IMG/VR virus record: IMGVR_UViG_3300021399_000098
Direction: 5' to 3' (one strand)
Length of the DNA: 64,000 nucleotides
From: a virus
Lineage: Duplodnaviria > Caudoviricetes
Notes under the pieces: generated by a model
The model's input: the letters and a program-made list of their open reading frames with translations, nothing else
Database searches by the model: none
Told to the model about the DNA's origin: nothing
Program-made: the position numbers and the translations under genes
In this document: piece by piece, positions 1-9,652 of the stretch
Position numbering within the stretch: the first letter of the stretch is position 1
Layout of the letters: the number at the start of each line of letters is the position of its first letter

Positions 1-710
1 TCATACATCAATTTTAAGACGCTAAAATTCAAGTTTTTAAGGTCTTGAATGTATTTTTTGATTTCACTTTCTTGTACACCAAGTTCTCTTAATGCCTTAA
101 CGCCCTCTGGGTCACTCTTTGACACAAGACTAGCAATAGCGTTTTTATTAAGTCCACCATAAAGTTTGCCATCCTTGACCATCAAATAAGAGGTTTCATA
201 TTTGTCCGTTATAGCACCATTCTGGTGGGTATAAAGTTTTCCTTTAGTATTGTCAGTTGCTCCTACTGAAACGTTACCGCCACCGAAGTTCTGCTTTTCG
301 TCATGTTTTTCATCACGAGACCCTAACTCTACACCATAAGGTTTTAGTAAATTGTTAACCCCTTGTTTGTATTTACCATAAGCCTTTCCGTAGTTGTCTT
401 CTGTCTGCCAATGGAAGGTAATGACTGAACGCTTTATAATACCAACTGGTAATGTATTTTTCCTACTAGCACCGCCTTGGTGAAAGTTCTTCAAAACATC
501 ATAACCTCTAGTTCCTTTTCTTTGGTACTGTTCAATATCGTTACCAAATTTATCAATATTGATATTCTTACCTGTTAAGGTTTTACCTATTTTTGCTTCA
601 CTTATGTAGCACAAGGTTAGATAAGTACCACCTTTTGCTGTAGACAAAGCATCAATTATACTGTCAAAACTTACCCTTTGTCTTCTCTCTTTTCCACCTT
701 CTCCTATCAT
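1..710 (-). CDS. Hypothetical protein, runs off the left edge of the window (>236 aa, MIGEGGKERRQRVSFDSIIDALST...)
   Basis: Manual translation: ATG at 710-708, no stop down to position 1. Absent from the ORF track because its stop lies outside the window. Confidence 0.75.
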   Translation of the reverse strand, partial: MIGEGGKERRQRVSFDSIIDALSTAKGGTYLTLCYISEAKIGKTLTGKNINIDKFGNDIEQYQRKGTRGYDVLKNFHQGGASRKNTLPVGIIKRSVITFHWQTEDNYGKAYGKYKQGVNNLLKPYGVELGSRDEKHDEKQNFGGGNVSVGATDNTKGKLYTHQNGAITDKYETSYLMVKDGKLYGGLNKNAIASLVSKSDPEGVKALRELGVQESEIKKYIQDLKNLNFSVLKLMY

Positions 711-714
711 AGCA

Positions 715-987
715 TTAATAGTTTTTTAACCAATAAGCGTTCTGAATGTTCTCATCAAACTCATCGTTATTTGTACGATATAGTTCTGCTGCCGTTGTTG
801 CACTAGCTGAATCTATATTGTCTTGACTGTTGTACTCTTTGTCACCGAACACACTACTCACTTGAGTAATGTCATAGTAAGCACCGATGGCATAATGACC
901 ATTTGCACCGAAAACAACAGAGTCTTCATCCAAATGCATTACCATTGCATTCAATATATCACTGTCTTTATACACTTTGTTTGCCAT
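715..987 (-). CDS. Small hypothetical protein (MANKVYKDSD...)
   Basis: ORF 715..1020. ATG at 987 preferred because it lies 19 nt downstream of the ATATTTAT motif found before several other genes. Confidence 0.6.
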   Translation of the reverse strand: MANKVYKDSDILNAMVMHLDEDSVVFGANGHYAIGAYYDITQVSSVFGDKEYNSQDNIDSASATTAAELYRTNNDEFDENIQNAYWLKNY

Positions 988-1022
988 ATTAAAAACTAAT
1001 TTATAATAAATATCTTTCAAGA

Positions 1023-1054
1023 TTTGTTTTTATGAAATTTTTAATATATCTTTG
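1023..1054 (+). promoter_or_regulatory. Bacteroidota sigma-A type promoter for the primase gene
   Basis: TTTG (1023-1026), 20 nt, TATCTTTG (1047-1054); matches -33 TTTG / -7 TAnnTTTG. Confidence 0.8.
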
Positions 1055-1073
1055 CAATTAAAATAAGAACGGT

Positions 1074-2111
1074 ATGAAACAAGAACTTGAAAAGTTATAC
1101 AACATATTAACAGTTTTCCTAGGAGAGGCAAAGAATGGGTTTGATGAAAACACTTACCAATACCAATTCCCTTGCCCTAGGTGTATTGATAGGGATGGTA
1201 TTATGGAAGCTAGGAAATACAACCTAGAGGTCAACATTCAGAAGCAAGTCTTCCAATGTTGGAAATGCTCATCAATGGAAGATGACATGAAAGGTTCTAT
1301 CACGAAACTAATCAGAATGTACGGAAATGAAAAGCTTCTTTCAGAATACAAGGAAATCATACGTTCAATTAGGGAAAGCGAATTGTACAAGCTCCATTTC
1401 AGTGATAGTGACTTCAATATAGACACTTCCATAATAGAAAAGGAAGACTTGAAATTTCCACCAAGTTTCAAACTGTTCAAAAAAGACGGCAAAAACAACT
1501 ATGGAGCATTGAAATACCTTCAAAACAGAGGAATCGATTGGAACATCATAGAGCAATACAAAATAGGCTTTACCGAAAGGGAAGAAGATGACAAGATGAG
1601 AAAGTATTCATATAGGGTCATTATACCGTCATATAACGCCCTAGGAGAGCTTAATTATTGGGTGGGTAGGGATTACCTACCCACGTCAGATAAATTCGCT
1701 CTGAGGACAAAATATGCGAATCCTCAAGTAAAGAAAACTGAAATCATATTCAACGAAGACAAGATTAATTGGGATGCCGACATCACATTGGTTGAAGGTG
1801 CTTTCGACCATATTGTAGTTCCAAATTCAATTGCGTTGTTAGGTAAGGCACTAGACAAGGATTATAAGTTATATTGGGAATTAATTACTAAAGCTAATGC
1901 GAAGGTGAACATATTCCTTGATGCTGATGCGTTCAACACTGTAAAAGAACTATACAAGATGCTTAATCATGGCAGACTGTATGGAAAGGTGAGATATATA
2001 CCAGTTGAAGGTGATGAAGACCCATCGTCACTATACCAAATTGGTGGGTATAAAAAAATTGTTGAGCATCTTAGGAATGCCCAACAAATTAATGAGGTTT
2101 ATTTAACTTGA
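1074..2111 (+). CDS. Phage DNA primase (gp61/DnaG-like)
   Basis: Zn finger CPRC...CWKC; YLQNRGI; RVIIPSYN; TOPRIM motifs LVEGAFD and FLDADA. Confidence 0.9.
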   Translation: MKQELEKLYNILTVFLGEAKNGFDENTYQYQFPCPRCIDRDGIMEARKYNLEVNIQKQVFQCWKCSSMEDDMKGSITKLIRMYGNEKLLSEYKEIIRSIRESELYKLHFSDSDFNIDTSIIEKEDLKFPPSFKLFKKDGKNNYGALKYLQNRGIDWNIIEQYKIGFTEREEDDKMRKYSYRVIIPSYNALGELNYWVGRDYLPTSDKFALRTKYANPQVKKTEIIFNEDKINWDADITLVEGAFDHIVVPNSIALLGKALDKDYKLYWELITKANAKVNIFLDADAFNTVKELYKMLNHGRLYGKVRYIPVEGDEDPSSLYQIGGYKKIVEHLRNAQQINEVYLT

Positions 2112-2239
2112 TTATCTTCGTTCACAAAGGAATACGTTGGTATGCCATCTTTACCAACAGACCAATTTACCTTAGAATAAGGCACATCTTTTTCAACAGA
2201 TGACCATGTTAAACCCATTTCACTATATACACTTTCCAT
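2099..2239 (-). CDS. 46-aa small protein directly downstream of the endolysin (MESVYSEMGLTWSS...)
   Basis: Manual translation. ATG 5 nt after the amidase stop; fills the gap and converges on the primase 3' end. Confidence 0.5.
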   Translation of the reverse strand: MESVYSEMGLTWSSVEKDVPYSKVNWSVGKDGIPTYSFVNEDNQVK

Positions 2240-2244
2240 AATTA

Positions 2245-2892
2245 TTATTTTTTCAAAGAATTAAGATAATCTAGAATTCCTTCAATATGAGTCCTAACTG
2301 TAGCATGTACACCTATAGTTGAAGTTAAATACTCCAAGTCATCCTTATTGTCATAAAAGAAATTCTCAGTTAATACTGCTGGACACTTTGACTTCTTGAT
2401 GATATAGAAATCAGCTTCCTTATCCCTATCACCGTCAGTCCAATCAGTTCTTATTTTTCTGCCTTCAAAGTTCTTTTCAGCCCTTTTATAAAGATATTCA
2501 GCAAGTGTATCGGATTTGGTTTTGCCTCTTGTTGTATAAGCTTCCCATCCTTTTGCATTCATCCAGTCATTTCCAAGACCAACTGCATTAGAATGAATTG
2601 ACACCAATATTACATTACTAGCCCCATACTTATTGCATAATGTATTAACTCTTCTAACCCTCTCAGAAAGAGAAATATCTGTGTCTTCAGGAACCAATAA
2701 TCTTGCATCATAACCATAGGCTTTCAATTCTTCAACAACATCGTCTGCTATAACTCTGTTGTATTTCCACTCACGGAATCTTCCTTTGTTAGTAAATTCT
2801 GCATCAATTTTCATGTCACTCTCTAATAAAGGACTGAATTTTCCGTTCTGCTCTGTATTAGAGCCATGTCCATTGTCAATTAGTATAATCAT
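2245..2892 (-). CDS. N-acetylmuramoyl-L-alanine amidase (Amidase_3), probable endolysin
   Basis: ILIDNGHG, E in FREW, LSERV, LVSIHSNA, PAVLTENFFYDN zinc-amidase motifs. Start moved to ATG 2892 (MIILIDNGH). Confidence 0.9.
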   Translation of the reverse strand: MIILIDNGHGSNTEQNGKFSPLLESDMKIDAEFTNKGRFREWKYNRVIADDVVEELKAYGYDARLLVPEDTDISLSERVRRVNTLCNKYGASNVILVSIHSNAVGLGNDWMNAKGWEAYTTRGKTKSDTLAEYLYKRAEKNFEGRKIRTDWTDGDRDKEADFYIIKKSKCPAVLTENFFYDNKDDLEYLTSTIGVHATVRTHIEGILDYLNSLKK

Positions 2893-2921
2893 AATTTTTT
2901 CATATTTTATTATTATAAATA

Positions 2922-2953
2922 TTTGCATTTTAACATTATTTTACATATCTTTG
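2922..2953 (+). promoter_or_regulatory. Bacteroidota-type promoter
   Basis: TTTG 2922-2925, 20 nt, TATCTTTG 2946-2953. Confidence 0.8.
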
Positions 2954-2968
2954 CAGAAAGTTTAAAAT

Positions 2969-3787
2969 ATGATAAAATGCGTAATACATTGCAGCGATAT
3001 TCACATAAGGAACTTCCAAAGACTTTCAGAATACGCTGAACAGCTTACAAAATTTGTGGAAAAGTGTAATGAAATTGCACAAAACTATGAAAGGGAAGAA
3101 ATAAGAATTGTGGTTGCTGGAGATTTGGTACATCAGAAAAACAACATTTCAAACGAACTAATGACTTTCAGCAGTTTCTTTCTAAGACAATTAGAAGAAA
3201 TAGCCGATGTAATAGTTATAGCTGGAAATCACGACCTTTTAGTAAACAACACCTCAAGAACCGACACATTGACGGCATTGTTTGACACTGCCAACTTTAC
3301 AAACTGTAAGTTCTTTGACGGAATGCTTAACTATGAAAGCGGAATTATAGAGGACGAAAACATCACATGGGTACTATACTCAATATACAACGGATATAAA
3401 GCCCCTGACATCAGTGAAATCAACAGAGAAGGTAAAACGGTTATAGGGTTGTATCATGGAATGGTTGACGGTGCTAGTCTTAACAACGGAAGCGTTGTGG
3501 ACAACGGAGTTGAAGGGTCTTTGTTTGAAGGGTGCGATTTTGTTATGGCTGGTGACATTCATAAACGACAAGTCCTCAAAAGAGGCGATTGTGAAATAGT
3601 ATATCCAGGTTCTCTTATCCAACAGACATTCGGTGAAACGGTATCACAACATGGTTTTGTTGTTTGGAACATGGAAAATCTAACATATGAATTCGTTGAT
3701 TTGGAAACAGATTATGGATTATATGACATTGAAATTGAATCTATAGACGATATAGATGAAGACAAAGAAAAACTGATTAACTTTTGA
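2969..3787 (+). CDS. Mre11/SbcD-like metallophosphoesterase nuclease (T4 gp47-like)
   Basis: SDIH, AGDLVH, IAGNHD, LYHG, GDIHKRQ, YPGSLIQQTFGE motifs. Confidence 0.88.
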   Translation: MIKCVIHCSDIHIRNFQRLSEYAEQLTKFVEKCNEIAQNYEREEIRIVVAGDLVHQKNNISNELMTFSSFFLRQLEEIADVIVIAGNHDLLVNNTSRTDTLTALFDTANFTNCKFFDGMLNYESGIIEDENITWVLYSIYNGYKAPDISEINREGKTVIGLYHGMVDGASLNNGSVVDNGVEGSLFEGCDFVMAGDIHKRQVLKRGDCEIVYPGSLIQQTFGETVSQHGFVVWNMENLTYEFVDLETDYGLYDIEIESIDDIDEDKEKLINF

Positions 3788-3789
3788 GG

Positions 3790-4389
3790 TTAATCAGTTT
3801 TTTCTTCTAGTATTTCAATGGAATCACCATCTTTATGGAACAACTTGATTCTTATTTTTTTGTTTGATTTATCTTGGGTTAATTCAAACAACGATGTTAA
3901 TTCAGAATAAGGAATTGATACCAATGTAACTGAAAACTTGGTCTTTAACTTCGAAATGTCATAAGAAATAGGTTTTCCGTCATACGTTATTTCCCAAGGA
4001 ATGTTTTTGCCGTTTTCTTTGGATATGACGTTTATTGTCATTGTTTTCCCAGATACAGACGTTTTACCCAACTTAAATACGTAATCCTTTTCCCTAGTGG
4101 CTTCCAAGTTTGGAAGTACCATGATTCTAAGTTTTTCGCCTATAACATTTTTAAGTATTATAAGCCCTTTTTCCTTGAATTTGTCTAGATTAACATTAAT
4201 CTCCAACTTATCACGCCCACTAGTGGAAACATTCAAGTATCTGCTGCCAACTATGGTATCTATGCCCCAAGAACAATGCAAACCATTTTCCTCAGACAAC
4301 ACATCTAGCACATATTTGTCTTGTTCATCAGACAAGTTTAAATCCAAAACATACAAATCCGTAATTTCTCCAATTCCTATCATAATCAA
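3790..4389 (-). CDS. Hypothetical protein, last gene of the structural operon
   Basis: 199-aa ORF tightly coupled to the upstream structural genes. Confidence 0.7.
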   Translation of the reverse strand: MIMIGIGEITDLYVLDLNLSDEQDKYVLDVLSEENGLHCSWGIDTIVGSRYLNVSTSGRDKLEINVNLDKFKEKGLIILKNVIGEKLRIMVLPNLEATREKDYVFKLGKTSVSGKTMTINVISKENGKNIPWEITYDGKPISYDISKLKTKFSVTLVSIPYSELTSLFELTQDKSNKKIRIKLFHKDGDSIEILEEKTD

Positions 4390-4395
4390 TCATTT

Positions 4396-7300
4396 TTAAT
4401 TTTTTTGGGGTGACACATATTTTATGTCAACAATTGCAGTGGAAGGTATCATCTGTGACAAATAGTTCATCACAATATCATCCAAATACTTCACCTCACA
4501 CTGTCCTTGGTTGGTGTACCATTCATTGTGCAAGTTGAATGTAATTGAAACCCTCTTGTTGTTAACAACTTGGTTTGTTACTTCATCAACTACTATATTC
4601 TTACTCTCATCGGACGTGAACCCACTGTAAGGAGAGCCACCAATCACATTATCATTTTTGTCATTCAATATGTAATTTGTAACATTAACCCTACTGTCTG
4701 AGAAATTATACATGGTTTTCAACCTCCATTGTAACTCTTTGTTGTCACTGTATTGTACTACTTTAGTACACTCTATAGGGTTGCTATCAGACTTCTTATA
4801 ATAGTTTCCAAAATAGTGTATTTTACTGTCATTGATAATAAATGGCGTATACTGTTTAATACTCTCGTCAGAATCTATCAAACCTTCAAATCCGTAATCA
4901 TATATTTCAGAATAGAACGTGTCATAGAAATTCTCATAGCATCTTTCATCGAACAGATAGTTGGCTATGGCATATTTGAACAGCTTCTTGTAGTATGTGA
5001 AATACTCATGTCCGCTATCATAGTCCATGTTGCCGTTATGTGGGTTGTTGCCCTCGTAGTAGTTTGTGATGGTGTTTATTCTTATATACTCTGAGTCTTT
5101 CTCATTCAATCTAATCCATCCGTATTCATCATTCTCAGAAGCCATCCTGTTGCTGTAGTTTACGTCTTTGATGATGAAATAGTTTGTGTCACCTTGTTTG
5201 TAAAGTGCATCCATTACAACGAAACTGTCTATGGTATAATGGCCACCTATGGTGTCCTTGCATACGAAATCAAAGTTAGATTTATTTCCTTTTTCATCTA
5301 CCTCATAAGAGATATAAGCTTTTATGCTATATCCATCCGATTTATCCGTTAAAGGAATAATTGACTCTATCAGTCCATAATCGCCAAACATAGGCTTATG
5401 TCCTTGTTCAACCACTTTGGTTTTAGTATAAACAACTATTGATTCATCAAAAAACCTATCATTGCCTATCTTTATATAGCCACCATTCTTTGTAAGAACA
5501 ACATACATTAAAGGTTTGCTTTCATCACCAGAATACTCATAGTTTATTTTATAGACTGAGTTGTTTATGACAGCTATGTCTTTTTCAACGTGCGAAACAT
5601 AATAAATGGAATTCTTAACCACCTTGTCAGAAGGCGTGCTGACAAGTTTTTGAATATTTTCAACACTTCTAATGTTCCTAACCGTTTCCTTATATATAGG
5701 ATGATTGTCTGTTGTTCCACTTGGAGTCGCAGTTCCTGAAGCTACTTCACAAGTGTATGATATGTTGTTATCAACATCATATTGGAAGTTATACACTTTT
5801 TCACCATTTGTCAAAGTCTTTGCCATCCATCCACCATTCATCTGATAATATGGGTTGCCGTCTAGTTGCTCATAAGGGCTGAATCTAGGATACAAATACC
5901 TTCTCATGACTGGTGCATTACTTCCGTCTATTCTAGTAAATGATTCTGCTGAATCGCTAGTTGCTGATTGCGTTGACAACGGACTAATCTTAATGTAAGG
6001 CTTATTTAGAACCGTACCGCCACTGTTTACTTGCACTGTTTCATCCTTATATGTAACTGGCAAGCCTTGATATGATAAATAACTTGTCCAATCTGAAGCG
6101 CCATACTTAGTGTAGTTTGACGTTGACCTATAATCGTACACAATCGTTTTCGTAGAGTTAATCCAATCCATACGATACATCTGATGTACAGCATCCCATT
6201 TCTCTTCTATTCTGTTCGTAAAAGATGTGTATTCAGTAATTTCATAATCAGCAGTAAAACTTTCTTTACGACATCCGTTATCTAATCTATCTATCCATCT
6301 TTGACTTTTTAGACCGAACATACCTAAAATCATTTCAATTCCTTCAATCGTACCCTTATGACGCCAGATATATGGAGAGTTTATAGCCAACCTCTTCATA
6401 AATTCATTGTTGACATCAAAATAGGTATAGGGTTTTTCGTCAGTGAATGACCTAATTTTGTTCTTGAGTCTGAACTTCTTTACAGTATTTTCATCTTTAG
6501 CAGAAATTAAATTGTATATGGAATTTTTATATTCACATACATAATCATTAACCGTAGTTCCACCAGTATCACAAGATATGAAATAGCCATCCCTTATATT
6601 CTTATCTATCAAGTTTTCAGTATAAGGGAACACTTCTTTCTTAGGATTTTGTGAAAACTGTCTGACTATATACTTATCCCCTATTTTGTTATCTAGTTGT
6701 TGTTCTTCTTCATAACTATCCACATATTCAACGCCTCCGCTAGCGTTAACAATAGTATTGCCACTATCATCTTCCATATATTCCTTAAGCTCATAAGGAT
6801 ATACCAACTTAACATCCCAACCCTTACTTTCAACTGAATCTGTTAGGAAATAGTTAGGGATATTGCTTCTTTCATCATAAGTTATTCTATTACTGTTCTT
6901 TATATTGTTTATGTATGAAAGTATTTCGTCAAATTCCCTTGCGAAAATCCTTAATGCCTTTTGTACCCTCTCACCGCCAATGACAAACTGCTGCTCGTCA
7001 CCTTGGTAGAACTCACGAGTGTATGTCCAGTCAAAGTTCTTGATTGCCTCATGGGTCATTGACCTGTAGAGGTTGTCTGTGAAAAACTCATCGTAATACT
7101 CACCAATTTCAGACAATCTAGTAGTGAACTTGCTAAAACCGTAAGAACTAGCATCTACGTTATAGCCACCTTCAGATGTAGGGAACACAAACTCTTCCAT
7201 TTCCCTATAATAACCGTGGTCATTTTCCTTAATAACAGAAAACAACGACTTATATTTAGGATGTGTGTCTCTAGCTAGAATAAGCTTCTCAAAGTTGTTG

Positions 7301-8715
7301 CAGTTATTGTAGAAATCAACAATAAACTCCTCTTTAGGTCTTATATGAACATCGGTATCATTGGATAGATAAACAATTTCACTGTTATCTCCGACCCAAG
7401 CATCAATTTTGATGCTGTTTATCATAACACTGCCCATTTTATAGCCCTTACATGGAGTTGTCAATATGTAACAGCTTAAATCACCACATGGGCTATATGA
7501 ATAAATGAATAATTGAGGATTTTCTGGTTCTTTTTGCTCCCAAGCCTCAACGCGCTCTTGATATGCTTCTTCAGTTTCGCCCTCTTCTCTAACTGGTTCA
7601 TCTGCAAGCCAGTCATCATGGGCTTTAACCCAATCAGAATAAAGTTTATTTAACCTTGTTGTGGCTTTTTCTTCTGAAGGATAACCTTTTATATCATAAG
7701 TTGAATCATTTTCACTTACATCATTATCATCGCTAATAGTACCGCCACTAAACACATGGAATCTAGTGTTGAAATATCTTTCATATTCTTGATGTATCTC
7801 ACCACTTGCGAAACACTCAAGCAAATCATCCCAACCTTCGTTATAACCTTTTTTTGCACCAGAGCAGTCAACACTATATCCGCTTACAATGCAGTTACCG
7901 TTTTCATCAGTATAAGCCTCTGTCCATCTTAATTCTCTATCTTGCTGACTTGCTAATTGGGCGATTTTGTCACACATATAATTGTCATAGAACGAATCAC
8001 CACTATAAGTGGCATCTAAAATACTTTGTTTCTTTAGAACTGACACAAATGTCCTAGCAGACCAACTAGTTATTTTCTCCGCGTTCTCTTCATCATCACC
8101 TTGTATAATCTCATAGTTCTTAAATCCACCATTAGCAAAATACTTAAGTGGACTTCCTTCAACTGGCTTCACAGATGAGTGTACATTTATTCCATAAGGA
8201 TTTGAAACATACTTACTGTTTTCATCAAATTTAATTTCTTCTGTAAATGTCTCGAAATCTTCAGTATAAGATGAGGTATAATATGCTGAACCACTTAAAG
8301 TTACATACAATTCTCCTGGAAAACGTTGGAAAATGTCATTTATTGAAGACCTGAATAGTTCTGACAATGAACCATAATACGCAAAGTCACGAAAATCATA
8401 GTAATCTTGTTTCAAGACTATTTTAATATCATTTTGGTCTTCAAACTCACTTGTAATTCCACTGATATTTTCTAGTGTCCAAGTATCACCGCTTTCATTT
8501 TCTTTCCATTTTAGCCTATTGTACTGATTTGATTCCTTACCCTCATTTCTTACCGTAATAATGAAGTTGTTTGAACGGTATATTGGTATCTGACCAGGAG
8601 AAAACTGGTTAACACCTCCAATTGTGGTGATGTCACGCTCCCAGATTGTACCGTCTGCTACAGTCTGATGGTTTTTTTTCAGAACATAATTCGAATGGGT
8701 CTTTATGTATGGCAT
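4396..8715 (-). CDS. Large virion structural protein, probably baseplate wedge/tail
   Basis: 1439 aa. IWRHKGTIEGIEMILGMFG resembles the KGT-x-x-G motif of P2 gpI / T4 gp7-type wedge proteins. Lies in the baseplate operon. Confidence 0.6.
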   Translation of the reverse strand: MPYIKTHSNYVLKKNHQTVADGTIWERDITTIGGVNQFSPGQIPIYRSNNFIITVRNEGKESNQYNRLKWKENESGDTWTLENISGITSEFEDQNDIKIVLKQDYYDFRDFAYYGSLSELFRSSINDIFQRFPGELYVTLSGSAYYTSSYTEDFETFTEEIKFDENSKYVSNPYGINVHSSVKPVEGSPLKYFANGGFKNYEIIQGDDEENAEKITSWSARTFVSVLKKQSILDATYSGDSFYDNYMCDKIAQLASQQDRELRWTEAYTDENGNCIVSGYSVDCSGAKKGYNEGWDDLLECFASGEIHQEYERYFNTRFHVFSGGTISDDNDVSENDSTYDIKGYPSEEKATTRLNKLYSDWVKAHDDWLADEPVREEGETEEAYQERVEAWEQKEPENPQLFIYSYSPCGDLSCYILTTPCKGYKMGSVMINSIKIDAWVGDNSEIVYLSNDTDVHIRPKEEFIVDFYNNCNNFEKLILARDTHPKYKSLFSVIKENDHGYYREMEEFVFPTSEGGYNVDASSYGFSKFTTRLSEIGEYYDEFFTDNLYRSMTHEAIKNFDWTYTREFYQGDEQQFVIGGERVQKALRIFAREFDEILSYINNIKNSNRITYDERSNIPNYFLTDSVESKGWDVKLVYPYELKEYMEDDSGNTIVNASGGVEYVDSYEEEQQLDNKIGDKYIVRQFSQNPKKEVFPYTENLIDKNIRDGYFISCDTGGTTVNDYVCEYKNSIYNLISAKDENTVKKFRLKNKIRSFTDEKPYTYFDVNNEFMKRLAINSPYIWRHKGTIEGIEMILGMFGLKSQRWIDRLDNGCRKESFTADYEITEYTSFTNRIEEKWDAVHQMYRMDWINSTKTIVYDYRSTSNYTKYGASDWTSYLSYQGLPVTYKDETVQVNSGGTVLNKPYIKISPLSTQSATSDSAESFTRIDGSNAPVMRRYLYPRFSPYEQLDGNPYYQMNGGWMAKTLTNGEKVYNFQYDVDNNISYTCEVASGTATPSGTTDNHPIYKETVRNIRSVENIQKLVSTPSDKVVKNSIYYVSHVEKDIAVINNSVYKINYEYSGDESKPLMYVVLTKNGGYIKIGNDRFFDESIVVYTKTKVVEQGHKPMFGDYGLIESIIPLTDKSDGYSIKAYISYEVDEKGNKSNFDFVCKDTIGGHYTIDSFVVMDALYKQGDTNYFIIKDVNYSNRMASENDEYGWIRLNEKDSEYIRINTITNYYEGNNPHNGNMDYDSGHEYFTYYKKLFKYAIANYLFDERCYENFYDTFYSEIYDYGFEGLIDSDESIKQYTPFIINDSKIHYFGNYYKKSDSNPIECTKVVQYSDNKELQWRLKTMYNFSDSRVNVTNYILNDKNDNVIGGSPYSGFTSDESKNIVVDEVTNQVVNNKRVSITFNLHNEWYTNQGQCEVKYLDDIVMNYLSQMIPSTAIVDIKYVSPQKN

Positions 8716-8716
8716 T

Positions 8717-9640
8717 TTATTGTCCTATTTTATCGTTAATAGTTTGGCTAAAGTCAACACTATTTGTCTTATTTTGTTTAACTTCAAATACAGGTTTACC
8801 ACTATATTGGTCTTTAAGCGTAAAGTGTTCTGCTTGATGGTATATTTCGTTATTGTTGTTGTATGTCGTAACAAGTCCATTATCCAAGTCTCTCAACTGG
8901 CTATTCTCCAACATATAGCTGATAGTGTCAGCATCATGCGTTGTAAGCTCAATGTCAAGCTGTATTGGTTCAAAGAACGTGTTCACGAACAATATCTTCT
9001 GAGTAGGTTTTCCTATATAAGGCGTTGCATTGTCTTTGAATGTAGGCGCAGATGATGGAGAAACCGTCACAAAGGTCAAAGTTGACGTGTCTTCATAGCG
9101 GTATGTATAGGACTTGTCACTTGAGCTGTTAGGTGCTTGTACAACTGGTTCGCACTTGTTATTGCTAGTGATTATCCTATAATAGTCCTCTCTGCTTCCA
9201 TTTGCTGCCAAGTATATGATTCTATAACCAACAAGTCCATTGTTGGTTTGTGCAATCGTCTTGAACGTCTCATTTTGAATCTGCTCAGTGTCAATAACCA
9301 AACCCCTTACGTTAGGAAATGCCGTCAAGTTGCCCACATCGGTAATGACAGCTTCTATTTCTCTAGGTTTTATATACACCGTATAGAATCCCTTCTTATT
9401 AAACTCAGTCAATGGTAACTGTAAATTGTACATTCCTTCTACAATTTCGTCAACATCGTTATCTTCCATAGTTCTCTTTGCTTGGGTCAAAATACTTGAT
9501 TCCAAGTGCTTGAAACTAGCGTTTGTAATAGAATCAAAAGCCCTAGTCTCGTGATAGCAGAAAGATATATCAACCATGTTAGGAATACTAACGTTTGATA
9601 TGTTTATAGGAATGACTGTTCCATATGCGCCTATTGCCAT
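8717..9640 (-). CDS. Putative structural protein (307 aa)
   Basis: Beta-rich ORF within the contiguous tail/baseplate operon. Confidence 0.55.
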   Translation of the reverse strand: MAIGAYGTVIPINISNVSIPNMVDISFCYHETRAFDSITNASFKHLESSILTQAKRTMEDNDVDEIVEGMYNLQLPLTEFNKKGFYTVYIKPREIEAVITDVGNLTAFPNVRGLVIDTEQIQNETFKTIAQTNNGLVGYRIIYLAANGSREDYYRIITSNNKCEPVVQAPNSSSDKSYTYRYEDTSTLTFVTVSPSSAPTFKDNATPYIGKPTQKILFVNTFFEPIQLDIELTTHDADTISYMLENSQLRDLDNGLVTTYNNNNEIYHQAEHFTLKDQYSGKPVFEVKQNKTNSVDFSQTINDKIGQ

Positions 9641-9652
9641 TTTATTGTATTT

